Below, piece after piece: positions 38,533-48,574 of a stretch of 63,532 nt of DNA (its first letter is position 1; the number at the start of each line of letters is the position of its first letter). The position numbers and the translations under genes were made by a program. Source of the stretch: Desulfatirhabdiaceae bacterium (lineage in GTDB: Bacteria > Desulfobacterota > Desulfobacteria > Desulfobacterales > Desulfatirhabdiaceae); NCBI GenBank assembly GCA_050179135.1, contig JBFXFK010000003.1, forward strand, positions 4,948-68,479. Direction: 5' to 3'. The notes beneath the pieces were generated by a model. That model did not search any database and was not told where the DNA came from. It saw nothing but the letters and a program-made list of their open reading frames with translations.

Positions 38533-38887
38533 ACCATGGTATTGGAATTTGAGCGGTGCGTATCCGGAAGCGACCTGACAGCGTTGCTGAAACCGGTGTC
38601 GGTCTCAATAATGAGAAAAAGCATCGGTACCGACGCCCATACCGGAGCGGTTTCGTTACATTTCATCCGAATCCATCACCAGGTAGATTTATATGAAAAT
38701 TTCATTCTTTTCACAATATCAAAGGTGTTTGAATGAATCCGGACCGCTTCTGTTTTCTGGAGTGTTTTCTTATTGACATCAAAAAACAAGTTGTTTATAG
38801 GTTCCAACTTAATTGTATAAATAAGGGATTTGACAATTTTGCATGTCCCGTCAATTATATAACAACAGGCAGGGGCGTTTATATCTT

Positions 38888-39421
38888 ATGGATTTCAAAC
38901 AGTTGCTTCAAAAGCACAAACGCGCAATTCTTAATCAATGGTTTGATCTGCTTGTTGAATCATATCCCTCTGACACCGCCACCTTTATCAAATCCCAGAA
39001 AGATCCATTTCACAACCCGGTCGGAGATACAGCCCGGAAAGGCCTGGAAGCCATTTATGAAGGGATTGTCGAAAGCGCCGATCCAGAAACATTAACCGCG
39101 TTTCTGGATCCCATCATCCGCATTCGCGCCATTCAAAATTTTTCACCCGCCCAGGCTGTCTCATTCATCCTTCAACTGAAATCCCTGCTTCAGCACCACT
39201 TTGAAAAAGATCTGACCGATGCGAATCTGCGTCGGGAATATGATCCGGTTGCAACCCGTATTGATAATCTTTGCCTTCTGGCCTTCAATCTGTATATGCA
39301 GTGCAGAGAAACACTGTACCAGATACAGGCCGATGAAATCAGGAACCGGACATTCAAGGTGCTGAAGCGGTCCGGCCTGCTGAAGGACGCCGATGACCCG
39401 ATCGGCTCCGTACCGTCGTAG
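38888..39421 (+). CDS. Conserved hypothetical protein upstream of dsrMKJOP (possibly RsbRD N-terminal-like)
   Basis: The ORF has a plausible ATG at 38888. Helical protein MDFKQLLQKHKRAILNQWFDLLVESYP...; the family call is from memory only. Confidence 0.45.
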   Translation: MDFKQLLQKHKRAILNQWFDLLVESYPSDTATFIKSQKDPFHNPVGDTARKGLEAIYEGIVESADPETLTAFLDPIIRIRAIQNFSPAQAVSFILQLKSLLQHHFEKDLTDANLRREYDPVATRIDNLCLLAFNLYMQCRETLYQIQADEIRNRTFKVLKRSGLLKDADDPIGSVPS

Positions 39422-39592
39422 GGGATCGGGACACCTGTTGGCGCGCAAAGGGTGTTCTTTAACATGTTGTGAGCGTTATGGATTTTTTCAGGATGAAAAT
39501 AGCAGATTGTCATAACCGTTTCTTTTTTTCAATGAAGCACCTCTTCGATAACTTCCTTTATGTCGAAGAGCCCAAGAGCGAGGTAATGGTCA

Positions 39593-40615
39593 ATGAATGT
39601 CAACTACATGTATTCCCTCCTGGCAGTTGTTGTTCTGTTTTTACTGTCCTATCTGGGTGTAAAGGCAGTCGGGCTTGAAATTCTGTTTGGAATTTTCTTC
39701 CCCTATCTGGCCCTGATCACGTTTATAGGCGGTGTGATTTACCGCGTGATGGACTGGGCCAAATCCTATGTACCATTTTGCATTCCCACAACCTGCGGAC
39801 AGCAAAAATCGCTGCCATGGATCACACCCAACAAAATCGACAACCCCTTTACGCCCGGCGCAACCGCCGTACGCATGTTTTTGGAGGTTGTTTTTTTTCG
39901 TTCTCTTTTCCGGAATACCCGGAATGCCATCCGGGAAGGCAAGCTGACCCACGAGTGGGAAATCTGGCTGTGGCTTGCGGCACTGGCCTTCCATTATTCC
40001 TTTCTCACCGTGATCATCCGTCACATCCGCCTGTTCACCGAACCCGTTCCCTTTGTCATTCAACTGATCGAAACGGTTGACAGCTTTTTCCGGTTCGAGA
40101 TTCTGACCGATGTGATTCAGTTTGGCCTGCCTGCCGTGTTCATGTCGGGCCTGGTTCTTCTGGCTGCCGTAACCTTCCTGTTTGTAAGACGCATTCTGGC
40201 GCCCCATGTCCGATACATATCCCTGGCCGCCGATTATTTTCCGCTCATTCTGATTTTTGGAATTGCCTTCAGCGGTATTTTCATGCGGTATGTGTCAAAA
40301 GTCAATATCAAGGCGGCAAAAGAACTGACCATGGGTCTGGTCACGCTCCATCCGACCATTCCGGATGGCATCGCGCCCATTTTTTATGTTCATCTCTTTT
40401 TTGTCAGTGTTCTGCTGGCCTATTTCCCCTTCAGCAAGCTGATGCACATGGCTGGTATCTTTCTCAGTCCGACCCGAAATCTTCCCGCGAACACGCGGGC
40501 CAAACGTCATATCAATCCATGGAACTACCCGGTTGAAGTTCATACATATGAAGAGTATGAAGATGATTTCCGGGAAAAAATGATAGAGGCTGGACTGCCA
40601 GTGGAAAAGGAGTAA
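39593..40615 (+). CDS. dsrM: DsrM, NarI-like dihaem cytochrome b membrane subunit
   Basis: 340 aa, multi-TM with conserved His residues. First gene of a five-gene set in the canonical MKJOP order. Confidence 0.85.
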   Translation: MNVNYMYSLLAVVVLFLLSYLGVKAVGLEILFGIFFPYLALITFIGGVIYRVMDWAKSYVPFCIPTTCGQQKSLPWITPNKIDNPFTPGATAVRMFLEVVFFRSLFRNTRNAIREGKLTHEWEIWLWLAALAFHYSFLTVIIRHIRLFTEPVPFVIQLIETVDSFFRFEILTDVIQFGLPAVFMSGLVLLAAVTFLFVRRILAPHVRYISLAADYFPLILIFGIAFSGIFMRYVSKVNIKAAKELTMGLVTLHPTIPDGIAPIFYVHLFFVSVLLAYFPFSKLMHMAGIFLSPTRNLPANTRAKRHINPWNYPVEVHTYEEYEDDFREKMIEAGLPVEKE

Positions 40616-40618
40616 CGC

Positions 40619-42244
40619 ATGTCAGACTTACCCAAACCAAACGAATTTATCGATAGAATTGAGCGTTCGATTCCCCGGACTGGATGGATGGATACGCCTG
40701 TTGATATCCGGAAAGGAATGTACTGCTACGCCGCCAACCCCAAAAGCGTAGAATACGTTCATCTGCCCAATGCCCATGCCTGGAATCCGGTGGAAGACGA
40801 CTGGCATCTGCCGGAGAACTGGAAGGAAATCATTCATGAGGGCTTCAAGACCCGTCTGGAACGGTTTCGCTCCTTCAAGGTTTTCATGGACATTTGTGTG
40901 CGATGCGGGGCCTGCGCAGACAAATGCCATTTTTTCATTGGCACCGGCGACCCCAAAAACATGCCGGTCCTGCGCGCCGAACTGCTGAGGTCGGTGTATC
41001 GGAATGATTTCACCACAGTCGGAAAAATATTGGGCAAGGTTGCCGGAGCCAGACCACTCACAATGGACGTGCTGAAAGAGTGGTGGTACTATTTTTTTCA
41101 GTGCACCGAATGCCGGCGATGCTCGGTTTTCTGCCCCTATGGCATCGACACGGCTGAAATCACGATCATGGCCCGGGAGCTTTTCAATCTGATCGGCCTC
41201 AATATCGACTGGATTGCGACACCGGTTGCCAACTGCTACCGGATGGGCAACCATTTGGGAATTCAGCCGCATGCGTTCAAGGACATGCTGGATTTTTTTG
41301 TCGATGACATCGAGGAAATTGTCGGCATCCGGGCGGAACCCAATTTCAACCAGAAGGGTGCTGACATTCTCTTCATCACCCCATCCGGGGACGTGTTTGC
41401 AGATCCCGGAACCTACACCTGCATGGGGTATCTGATTCTGTTTCACTATCTGAAGGAAAAATATGGTCTCAGCGTCACCTGGAGCACCTATGCCTCGGAA
41501 GGTGGCAATTTTGGTTTTTTTACCTCCCACGAGATGATGAAGCGGCTGAATTCCAAAATGTATGCCGAAGCCAAACGGCTTGGGGTCAAATGGATTCTGG
41601 GTGGTGAATGCGGCCATATGTGGCGGGTCATCAACCAGTATATGGATACCATGAACGGCCCGGCAGATTTTCTGGAAGTACCGGTCAACCCCATTACCGG
41701 AACCCGGTTTGAAAACGCCAAGTCAACCAAAATGGTTCATATTTCGGAATTCACGGCGGACCTGATCAAACATGGCAAACTGGATCTCGATATCAGCCGG
41801 AATGACAATCTGAAACTTACCTATCATGATTCCTGCAATCCGGCCCGGGGCATGGGACTTCTGGATGAACCCCGGTATGTCATTCAAAATGTGGCCCGTC
41901 ATTTTTATGATATGCCAGCCAACACCATTCGCGAGCAGACCTTCTGCTGCGGCAGCGGCTCGGGTTTGAATGCCGGTGAAAACATGGAGCTTCGACTCGC
42001 CGGCGGCCTGCCCCGATCCATGGCCGTCAAGCATGTTCATGACAAATATGGCGTCAATATGCTGGCGACCATCTGCGCCATCGACCGCGCCGCACTTCCC
42101 ACCCTGATGGATTATTATCTGCCGGATGTCCGTGTCACCGGTGTCACCGAGCTGGTGGCCAATGCCCTGATCCTGCCCGGAGAAGGCGAGCGAACCACAA
42201 ACCTGCGCGGTGAGCCCCTGCCAGGAATGGAGGAGGATGAATAA
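40619..42244 (+). CDS. dsrK: DsrK, HdrD-like Fe-S/CCG-domain catalytic subunit
   Basis: CVRCGACADKC, CTECRRCSVFCP, HDSCNPARG, FCCGSGSG. Confidence 0.9.
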   Translation: MSDLPKPNEFIDRIERSIPRTGWMDTPVDIRKGMYCYAANPKSVEYVHLPNAHAWNPVEDDWHLPENWKEIIHEGFKTRLERFRSFKVFMDICVRCGACADKCHFFIGTGDPKNMPVLRAELLRSVYRNDFTTVGKILGKVAGARPLTMDVLKEWWYYFFQCTECRRCSVFCPYGIDTAEITIMARELFNLIGLNIDWIATPVANCYRMGNHLGIQPHAFKDMLDFFVDDIEEIVGIRAEPNFNQKGADILFITPSGDVFADPGTYTCMGYLILFHYLKEKYGLSVTWSTYASEGGNFGFFTSHEMMKRLNSKMYAEAKRLGVKWILGGECGHMWRVINQYMDTMNGPADFLEVPVNPITGTRFENAKSTKMVHISEFTADLIKHGKLDLDISRNDNLKLTYHDSCNPARGMGLLDEPRYVIQNVARHFYDMPANTIREQTFCCGSGSGLNAGENMELRLAGGLPRSMAVKHVHDKYGVNMLATICAIDRAALPTLMDYYLPDVRVTGVTELVANALILPGEGERTTNLRGEPLPGMEEDE

Positions 42245-42633
42245 TGAATGATCGAAAATATATTCTAACCGGACTGGCCATTTTTATTGTCATCGTGACA
42301 TTTCCATTCTGGTACAATCTGGGCAAGGCTGCTCCCGCTCCTGAAATCAAGCTGACCGAAAAGGCCAAGGCCGCCAAAACCTGTGTCATGCCCACATCCT
42401 ATATGCGGGCCGAACACATGCAGCTTCTGGACCTGTGGCGGCATAATGTCGTGCGGAACGCGGAACGGGTATTCGTCAACGCGGAAGGCAAGGAATTCGA
42501 CATGAGCCTGTCCAATACCTGCCTGGACTGCCACTCCAACAAGGCCGATTTCTGTGACAAATGTCATGATTATTCTTCGGTCAGACCCTACTGCTGGGAT
42601 TGCCATATCGAAAATCCGAAGGAGGCAAAGTAA
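42244..42633 (+). CDS. dsrJ: DsrJ, periplasmic trihaem cytochrome c
   Basis: Three CxxCH motifs: CLDCH, CDKCH, CWDCH. N-terminal anchor. Start overlaps the dsrK stop (TAATG). Confidence 0.9.
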   Translation: MNDRKYILTGLAIFIVIVTFPFWYNLGKAAPAPEIKLTEKAKAAKTCVMPTSYMRAEHMQLLDLWRHNVVRNAERVFVNAEGKEFDMSLSNTCLDCHSNKADFCDKCHDYSSVRPYCWDCHIENPKEAK

Positions 42634-43421
42634 TGGAAAACAGCAGAAGACGTTTTTTGGAAATGCTGGGAATTGCGGCGGTAGCCGCCGGAACCCAGCC
42701 GGTATGGAATGCCTTTGCTGCGGAGCACGGATCGGCAACAGCCCAGCCTTCGGTCAAAAAAGGACCGAATGAACTGAAGGCCAAACAGTGGGCCATGGTG
42801 ATCGATACCCGAAAAATAGAAAAGGCATCGGATCTCGAACCCATTATCGAAGCCTGCCACAAACTCCACAATGTGCCTCATTTCGAAAACAAACATCATG
42901 AAATCAAATGGATATGGGAAGAAGAATACATTCATGCTTTCCCGTCCGATCCCAACCGGTTTCTGGATGAGCGGGTCAATCATCTGCCGTTTCTGGTCCT
43001 GTGCAACCATTGTGAAAATCCGCCCTGTGTCCGGGCCTGCCCCACCAAGGCTACGTTCAAGCGGGAGAGTGACGGCATTGTCATGATGGATTTTCATCGG
43101 TGCATCGGTTGCCGGTTCTGTATGGCCGCCTGCCCGTATGGCGCCAGAAGTTTCAATTTTCGGGATCCCCGTCCGTTCATCAAGGAAACCAACAAGGAGT
43201 TTCCCACCCGGATGAAAGGTGTTGTGGAAAAATGCCAGTTCTGTACAGAACGGCTGGCAGTCGGGTTGCAGCCCGCCTGTGTCGAGGCTTCAAACGGCAT
43301 TCTGACTTTCGGAGACCTGTATGATGAAGAATCCGATGTCCGAAAGCTTTTGAAAGAAAATTTCTCCATTCGACGTAAACAGAACCTGGGCACAGAACCT
43401 TCTGTTTACTATATCGTATGA
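42633..43421 (+). CDS. dsrO: DsrO, Tat-exported 4Fe-4S ferredoxin-like subunit
   Basis: MENSRRRFLEMLG twin-arginine signal; CNHCENPPCVRACP, CIGCRFCMAACP, CQFC...C. TAATG overlap with dsrJ. Confidence 0.9.
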   Translation: MENSRRRFLEMLGIAAVAAGTQPVWNAFAAEHGSATAQPSVKKGPNELKAKQWAMVIDTRKIEKASDLEPIIEACHKLHNVPHFENKHHEIKWIWEEEYIHAFPSDPNRFLDERVNHLPFLVLCNHCENPPCVRACPTKATFKRESDGIVMMDFHRCIGCRFCMAACPYGARSFNFRDPRPFIKETNKEFPTRMKGVVEKCQFCTERLAVGLQPACVEASNGILTFGDLYDEESDVRKLLKENFSIRRKQNLGTEPSVYYIV

Positions 43422-43422
43422 G

Positions 43423-44586
43423 GTGGCCATGTTAGAACTCGCAATCAAAGGCAGCAAGAAATTCTATGGATGGATCATCGCACTTCTGGCAATTGTCGGA
43501 ATGGGCTTTGGCATTTATCTGATGCAGCTCGGTTTCGGCCTCGGTATCACCGGGATGAGCCGGGATGTATCCTGGGGCTTTTATATTGCCCAGTTCACCT
43601 TTCTGGTCGGCGTTGCCGCCGGAGGCGTCATGGTTGTGACGCCCTACTATCTGCATAACTACAAGGCATTTGGAAAGATCACCATTCTGGGTGAATTTCT
43701 GGCCATTGCCGCCATTTCCATGTGTCTGATGTTCATTCTGGTGGACTTGGGCCAGCCCATGCGCATGTTCAATGTGCTCCTCTATCCCACGCCCAACTCG
43801 GTGCTGTTCTGGGACATGATCGTGTTGAACGGCTATCTCTTTTTGAATATCGTGATCGGATGGAATGTTCTGGAAGCCGAGCGCAACGGCACCCATTATC
43901 CCATGTGGATCAAGCCGCTCATTTATCTGTCCATTCCCTGGGCTGTCGGCATTCATACGGTTACAGCGTTTCTGTACTGCGGCCTTCCAGGCAGAGGGTT
44001 CTGGCTGACCGCCATTCTGGCGCCCCGGTTTCTGGCATCCGCATTTGCCGCCGGCCCCGCCCTGCTGATTCTGTTGTGCCTGATCATCCGCAAGGTCACC
44101 AACTTCGATCCGGGCAAGGAGCAGATTCAGTCCCTTGCAAAGATTGTGGCCTATGCCATCTGTCTGAATGTATTCTTTTTTCTGTGTGAAGTTTTCGTTG
44201 TCTTCTACAGCCAGATCCCGGAGCACATGGACCATCTGAAATATCTCTTCTTCGGATTTCACGGTCATGACAGCCTGGTCGGCTGGATGTGGTCATCCAT
44301 GGCGTTGATGCTGGTCGGAATCATTCTGCTTGTCAATCCCTTCACCCGTAAAAATGAAACCACTCTGGCAGTCGGCTGCGGGGTCATCTTTATCGGAACC
44401 TGGATCGACAAAGGTCTGGGCATGATCTCCGGCGGTTTTGTTCCCTCTCCGCTGCATCATGTCACTGAATATGCACCAACGCTACCGGAAATCGGTATCA
44501 CCCTGGCGGTCTGGGCAGCCGGCTTTTTGATCCTGACCATTTTCTATAAAATGGCAATCGGGGTCAAGGAAGAAGTCCGGGGGTAA
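43423..44586 (+). CDS. dsrP: DsrP, NrfD/PsrC-like integral membrane subunit
   Basis: About 10 TM segments. A likelier start is ATG 43429, 5 nt after gagg. Confidence 0.9.
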   Translation: MAMLELAIKGSKKFYGWIIALLAIVGMGFGIYLMQLGFGLGITGMSRDVSWGFYIAQFTFLVGVAAGGVMVVTPYYLHNYKAFGKITILGEFLAIAAISMCLMFILVDLGQPMRMFNVLLYPTPNSVLFWDMIVLNGYLFLNIVIGWNVLEAERNGTHYPMWIKPLIYLSIPWAVGIHTVTAFLYCGLPGRGFWLTAILAPRFLASAFAAGPALLILLCLIIRKVTNFDPGKEQIQSLAKIVAYAICLNVFFFLCEVFVVFYSQIPEHMDHLKYLFFGFHGHDSLVGWMWSSMALMLVGIILLVNPFTRKNETTLAVGCGVIFIGTWIDKGLGMISGGFVPSPLHHVTEYAPTLPEIGITLAVWAAGFLILTIFYKMAIGVKEEVRG

Positions 44587-44708
44587 ACTGAAAGGATGAA
44601 GGATGAAAGATGAAAGGTGAAAGATTTTTTCCCTGACATCCGACTTCCGGTCTCGGACATCTGACCTCAGAATTTTTCTCATATCATCCCCCCTGAGATA
44701 TGAGAATG

Positions 44709-44745
44709 AAAAGGCGTCTTTTTCACCAAAGACGCCTTTTCCATT
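44709..44745 (+). terminator. Rho-independent terminator after the dsr operon
   Basis: aaaaggcgtcttt ttcacc aaagacgcctttt followed by a T-rich run. Confidence 0.6.
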
Positions 44746-44876
44746 TGTTAACAGGATGATTTTCTGAGGAACTGTTCATTTTTTTGGCAGAATCTCTCCC
44801 CGAATCAAAATAACATTTACCGTTTTCAACTCAAAACTCAAAACCCAGCACTCAAAACTTTTTTCACGGAGACCCC

Positions 44877-46325
44877 ATGAAAACAAAATCGACACCTGTT
44901 AGTGTTTTCCTTTTATTGATGTTGGTAACGATCAGTTGGGCAATCCCGGTGCCGGATACCGGTCAGACAACATGCTTTGATGATATCGGAAACATGATCT
45001 CATGTCCAACCGAAGGCCAGGATTTTTATGGCCAGGACGCCAATCTGGTCATCAACCCGCCATCCTATACCAAACTGGATATTGATGGAAATCCCCTGCC
45101 CACAACATCCGAGTCCTGGAGCATGGTCAAAGACAATGTCACGGGTCTGGTCTGGGAAGTCAAAACCAACCGGGATGATGTTTCAAATTATAATGATCCC
45201 CATGATGCAGACAACACGTACACCTGGTATGACAGCAACCCGGTTACCAATGGCGGCAATGCCGGAACGCCCGGGGACGGCACAGACACCGAAGATTTTA
45301 TCCGCGCACTGAATGATTCCAGTTATGGGGGATATTCGGACTGGCGGCTGCCGACAGACACGGAGCTGGCCGATATCGTTGACTACAGCATCCCCTACCC
45401 GGGCCCGGCCATCGATACCCGATATTTTCCCAATACGGCAGCGTCTTGGTACTGGACCGCTGCCACCCTGGACCAATGGACCGAAAACGCATGGCTGGTT
45501 CATTTTGACTACAGTTATGTCCATGCCTACCTCAAGTCCAATAGTCTGTATGTCCGGGCCGTTCGAGGCGGACAGGGCGCCGAAGCGACGTATCGGGACA
45601 ACGGCGATGGCACAGTCACCGATACCAAAACCGGCCTGACCTGGCAGCAGACCGCTGTTTCCGGCAAAACATGGGCCGAAGCACTGACCTATTGCGAGAA
45701 TTTGACCCTTGGCGGTCAAACAGACTGGCGCCTGCCTGGCATCAAGGAATTACGAAGCCTGATTGATACCAGCCGACATGACCCGGCAATCAATTCCACT
45801 CACTTCCCGGATGCCGCGGCGTCCTGGTATTGGTCCGGCACCACCTGCGCCTCTCATCCCCAGGATGCATGGGTTGTCAATTTCTATTTCGGGGATGTGG
45901 ATGGTTTTGTCAAAACAGACGGCATTTTTGTCAGAGCGGTTCGGGGCGGGCAGGTCGGATCAGACCCCGGCATGGTTCAGACATCTCTCCAGGCTGATCA
46001 GGTTGCGGATCTGGTGATCAATTCCACCAACCGTCATGGTGATTCACCGGTTTATGAATGGCTCCTTTTCACTGCCACAGTTGCCGGCCAACCGGTTCCG
46101 GTGTATCTGATTTCCGATATCGGCATTTTTGAGCTGAATCTGGTTCTGCCAGATCTGTATGAATACACATTTACCTGTGATGCGGACGATGTGACACTCA
46201 TTGCCAGAATGCCCCTGTCTGATCTGGGGTTGACCAGTGGAGACATGTTCACGTATGCTTATGCGTATGAAAATCCCGATGGCGGTATCATCATTGACAA
46301 CGTGGTTTTCATAACAGTCCAATAA
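44877..46325 (+). CDS. Secreted protein with two DUF1566 (Lcl C-terminal-like) domains
   Basis: Signal peptide MKTKSTPVSVFLLLMLVTISWA. Duplicated hallmark DWRLPTDTELADIV and DWRLPGIKELRSLI, each followed by WYW...AW.V.F and VRAVRGGQ. Confidence 0.75.
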   Translation: MKTKSTPVSVFLLLMLVTISWAIPVPDTGQTTCFDDIGNMISCPTEGQDFYGQDANLVINPPSYTKLDIDGNPLPTTSESWSMVKDNVTGLVWEVKTNRDDVSNYNDPHDADNTYTWYDSNPVTNGGNAGTPGDGTDTEDFIRALNDSSYGGYSDWRLPTDTELADIVDYSIPYPGPAIDTRYFPNTAASWYWTAATLDQWTENAWLVHFDYSYVHAYLKSNSLYVRAVRGGQGAEATYRDNGDGTVTDTKTGLTWQQTAVSGKTWAEALTYCENLTLGGQTDWRLPGIKELRSLIDTSRHDPAINSTHFPDAAASWYWSGTTCASHPQDAWVVNFYFGDVDGFVKTDGIFVRAVRGGQVGSDPGMVQTSLQADQVADLVINSTNRHGDSPVYEWLLFTATVAGQPVPVYLISDIGIFELNLVLPDLYEYTFTCDADDVTLIARMPLSDLGLTSGDMFTYAYAYENPDGGIIIDNVVFITVQ

Positions 46326-46333
46326 TCACAATA

Positions 46334-47013
46334 ATGAAAATGAAAAACAGACAACATGGTACATGCACATCAGGTTCAGAAAGCCGTAACGCCATTGTCG
46401 GAGCGATCCACCCGATATCCATCGTACTTTTTGGGTCGGTTGCCGTAAACGATGCCGGCAATGACCTGGATATGATGATTGTGATGGATGAAAATTACGG
46501 GTCTGTTCCGGAAACCCAAATGGCGGTACATCGATGTCTGGCATCGTGTTACAGGCAATTTGCCGTTGATCCTTTTGTCGTTACCTGCGATGCATTGAGT
46601 CGGGTATCTTCACAAAAAAGCCCGTTTTTGAGAACCATTGTCAGGGAAGGGAGGCTCGTGTATATGAAGGATGCCGATCGGGAATGGATGCGTCAGGCGC
46701 AGGAAGAGCTGGATACGGCAGATTATCTTTTCAGGGGAAAGTATTACAAAGGCTGCTGAAAAAGGGATGGGAACTGGAAAAAACGCACAGTATCACCCGC
46801 CTGGTTGCCTTGAGCCGGGAATTCCGGATCCGGATCGGCTTGACGGATGAAGACATCGTTTTCATGGACAGTATCTGCAGGGGACGTTATCCGGCGGAAG
46901 AAGGATTGCTTCCCTTCCGGGAGCAATCTGCCCTGGATGCGGAAAAGGCAATTCATATTGCCGGAAAAATCGTCAAATCCCCAAAAGGCCAAAAACTGAA
47001 CCCGAATGCATGA
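46334..47013 (+). pseudogene. Nucleotidyltransferase (MNT) fused to a HEPN domain that is disrupted by a deletion/frameshift near 46740-46770
   Basis: NTase motif VLFGSVAVNDAGNDLDMMIV. The HEPN start REWMRQAQEELDTADYLFRGKYYKG ends in TGA. The remainder (LLKKGWELEKTHSITRLVAL...MDSICRGRYP) continues in another frame (46684-47013), and a KAAEKG piece lies in the third frame. Confidence 0.6.
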
Positions 47014-47071
47014 CAGCATATTCGGGTTCATCATCTCGATTTTTTTCATTTAATTGTTTTCTGTAGCCCGG

Positions 47072-47353
47072 TCAATTCATTTGGTCCTTTATCTCCAGGT
47101 CCAGGAATGTCATCTGACGGGGCTGGCTGGCCTCGGCAAGCTCTGTCAGCCCGATCGGGCGATTCAACCAGTATTTCAATTGTTTCCGCCCAATCGTCCG
47201 CTGTTTTCTGATCCATCCCAGCCGGGTATAAAATGGATTTTTACAGACGGCCTCACCCGCATACCAGACCCGGTGTCGAATCAGCTCATCCACAGGACAC
47301 AGCGGTGCTGAGCAGCGTTCAAAATGCCTGCATCTATCCATCCGATTTTCCAC
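47072..47353 (-). CDS. Hypothetical 93-aa Cys-containing protein
   Basis: ORF only. CRHFERCSAPLC plus one further Cys. No family recognised. Confidence 0.35.
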   Translation of the reverse strand: MENRMDRCRHFERCSAPLCPVDELIRHRVWYAGEAVCKNPFYTRLGWIRKQRTIGRKQLKYWLNRPIGLTELAEASQPRQMTFLDLEIKDQMN

Positions 47354-47443
47354 CTTATTATTTCAAATCAAAATATGTTGTAACCAAAAGACATGAATTG
47401 GCTCTTTAATCATGGAGACAATTTTTCCAAGTTGTCGCTTTCC

Positions 47444-47540
47444 AGATAATGATTTTGGGTGCGTTATCGGTCGGGGATGGCCTAAAATGGCCTATCCCCT
47501 CCCTGCTGCCTTCCCAAAATCATTATCTGAAAAGCTATAT
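47444..47540 (+). repeat. About 100-nt long-hairpin repeat element, copy 1
   Basis: agataatgattttgggtgcgttatcggtcggggatggcctaaaatggcctatcccctccctgctgccttcccaaaatcattatct. It self-pairs (gattttggg/cccaaaatc, ggggatggcc/ggcctatcccc). A near-identical inverted copy lies at 60428-60532. Confidence 0.85.
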
Positions 47541-47596
47541 GAACGAGTTGATGTGTCGAGTCAATTTTTTTCCAATCGTGATAATCCGGAGCCTTT

Positions 47597-48574
47597 ATGA
47601 AAAATCTCACCAGAAGACAATTTCTGAAAACCGGCGCCATATCCGCAGCCGTTGCGGCAGCAGCTCCAATTCCAGAGATTCATGCATCCCAATCCCGAAT
47701 TGACAACCACCTGGCAACCCTGATCGATATATCCCGATGCATTGGATGCGAGGCATGTGTGGATGCCTGTCAGGAAAGCAACCGGGACAAATTTCCCAAA
47801 CCGGTGAAGCCTTTTCCCGCGATGCTGCCATCCCGGGTCCCGGTGGAAGACTGGTCCGATAAACAGGATGTGCGGGATCGCCTGACGCCATACAACTGGC
47901 TGTTCATCCAGCATGCCGTTGTTCGGAAGGACGGCCAGGAAATGGAACTGACCATCCCCCGACGCTGCATGCACTGTGTCAATCCGCCCTGTGTCAAGTT
48001 GTGCCCCTGGGGTTCTGCGGTTCAATATCCAAACGGCATCTCCCAAATCGATCCGGAATTGTGCCTGGGCGGCGCCAAATGCAAGTCCGTCTGCCCCTGG
48101 AAAATCCCCCAAAGGCAGACCGGGGCAGGCCTGTATCTGGATATTCTGCCGTCTCTGGCTGGAAACGGCCTGATGAACAAATGTGACCGCTGTTATAACC
48201 GGATTGCGGATGGCAAACTTCCGGCATGTATCGAGGCCTGTCCGGAGCAGGTGCAGACCATCGGCCCCCGATCCGATATCATTCGTCAGGCCCATGAACT
48301 GGCCGATTCCATGAACGGATACATTTATGGAGAGACCGAAAACGGCGGCACCAACAGCATTTATGTATCCCCGGTTCCATTCGAGGAGCTGAACCGTTCC
48401 ATTGATAAAAAAACAGGTCAGGGGCGTCCCCATCTCAAACCCGTTACAGACCAGATGGATCAGGCCAACAATCTGGCAGCGGCATTTTTGATTGCGCCCA
48501 TTGCCGGTATTGCATCTGCCATTGGACGTTTCTATAAACTGGCCAAAAAACAATCACACGGAGAGATATCATGA
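47597..48574 (+). CDS. Tat-exported four-cluster 4Fe-4S protein (HybA/FdnH/DmsB-like) with a C-terminal TM anchor
   Basis: MKNLTRRQFLKTGAISAAVAAAAP; CIGCEACVDAC, CMHCVNPPCVKLCP, CLGGAKCKSVCP, CDRC...CIEACP. Hydrophobic C-terminus AAAFLIAPIAGIASAIG. Confidence 0.85.
   Translation: MKNLTRRQFLKTGAISAAVAAAAPIPEIHASQSRIDNHLATLIDISRCIGCEACVDACQESNRDKFPKPVKPFPAMLPSRVPVEDWSDKQDVRDRLTPYNWLFIQHAVVRKDGQEMELTIPRRCMHCVNPPCVKLCPWGSAVQYPNGISQIDPELCLGGAKCKSVCPWKIPQRQTGAGLYLDILPSLAGNGLMNKCDRCYNRIADGKLPACIEACPEQVQTIGPRSDIIRQAHELADSMNGYIYGETENGGTNSIYVSPVPFEELNRSIDKKTGQGRPHLKPVTDQMDQANNLAAAFLIAPIAGIASAIGRFYKLAKKQSHGEIS

Noticed and set aside
38773-38801. A possible sigma-70 promoter TTGACA-N17-TATAGG upstream of the dsr-associated gene.
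   Set aside because: It is only a moderate -10 match in an AT-rich spacer with several alternative hexamers. This is not enough evidence to annotate without 5'-end data.
40628-41617. A 329-aa minus-strand ORF here, and similar ones at 43432-44268, 47561-48553, 7501-8283, 8244-9068, 31526-32305, 5817-6407 and 10139-10792.
   Set aside because: All are antisense shadows of strongly supported genes (dsrK, dsrP, the Fe-S protein, djlA, the RND adaptor, the REC protein, the helicase, the RND pump). None has a recognisable domain.
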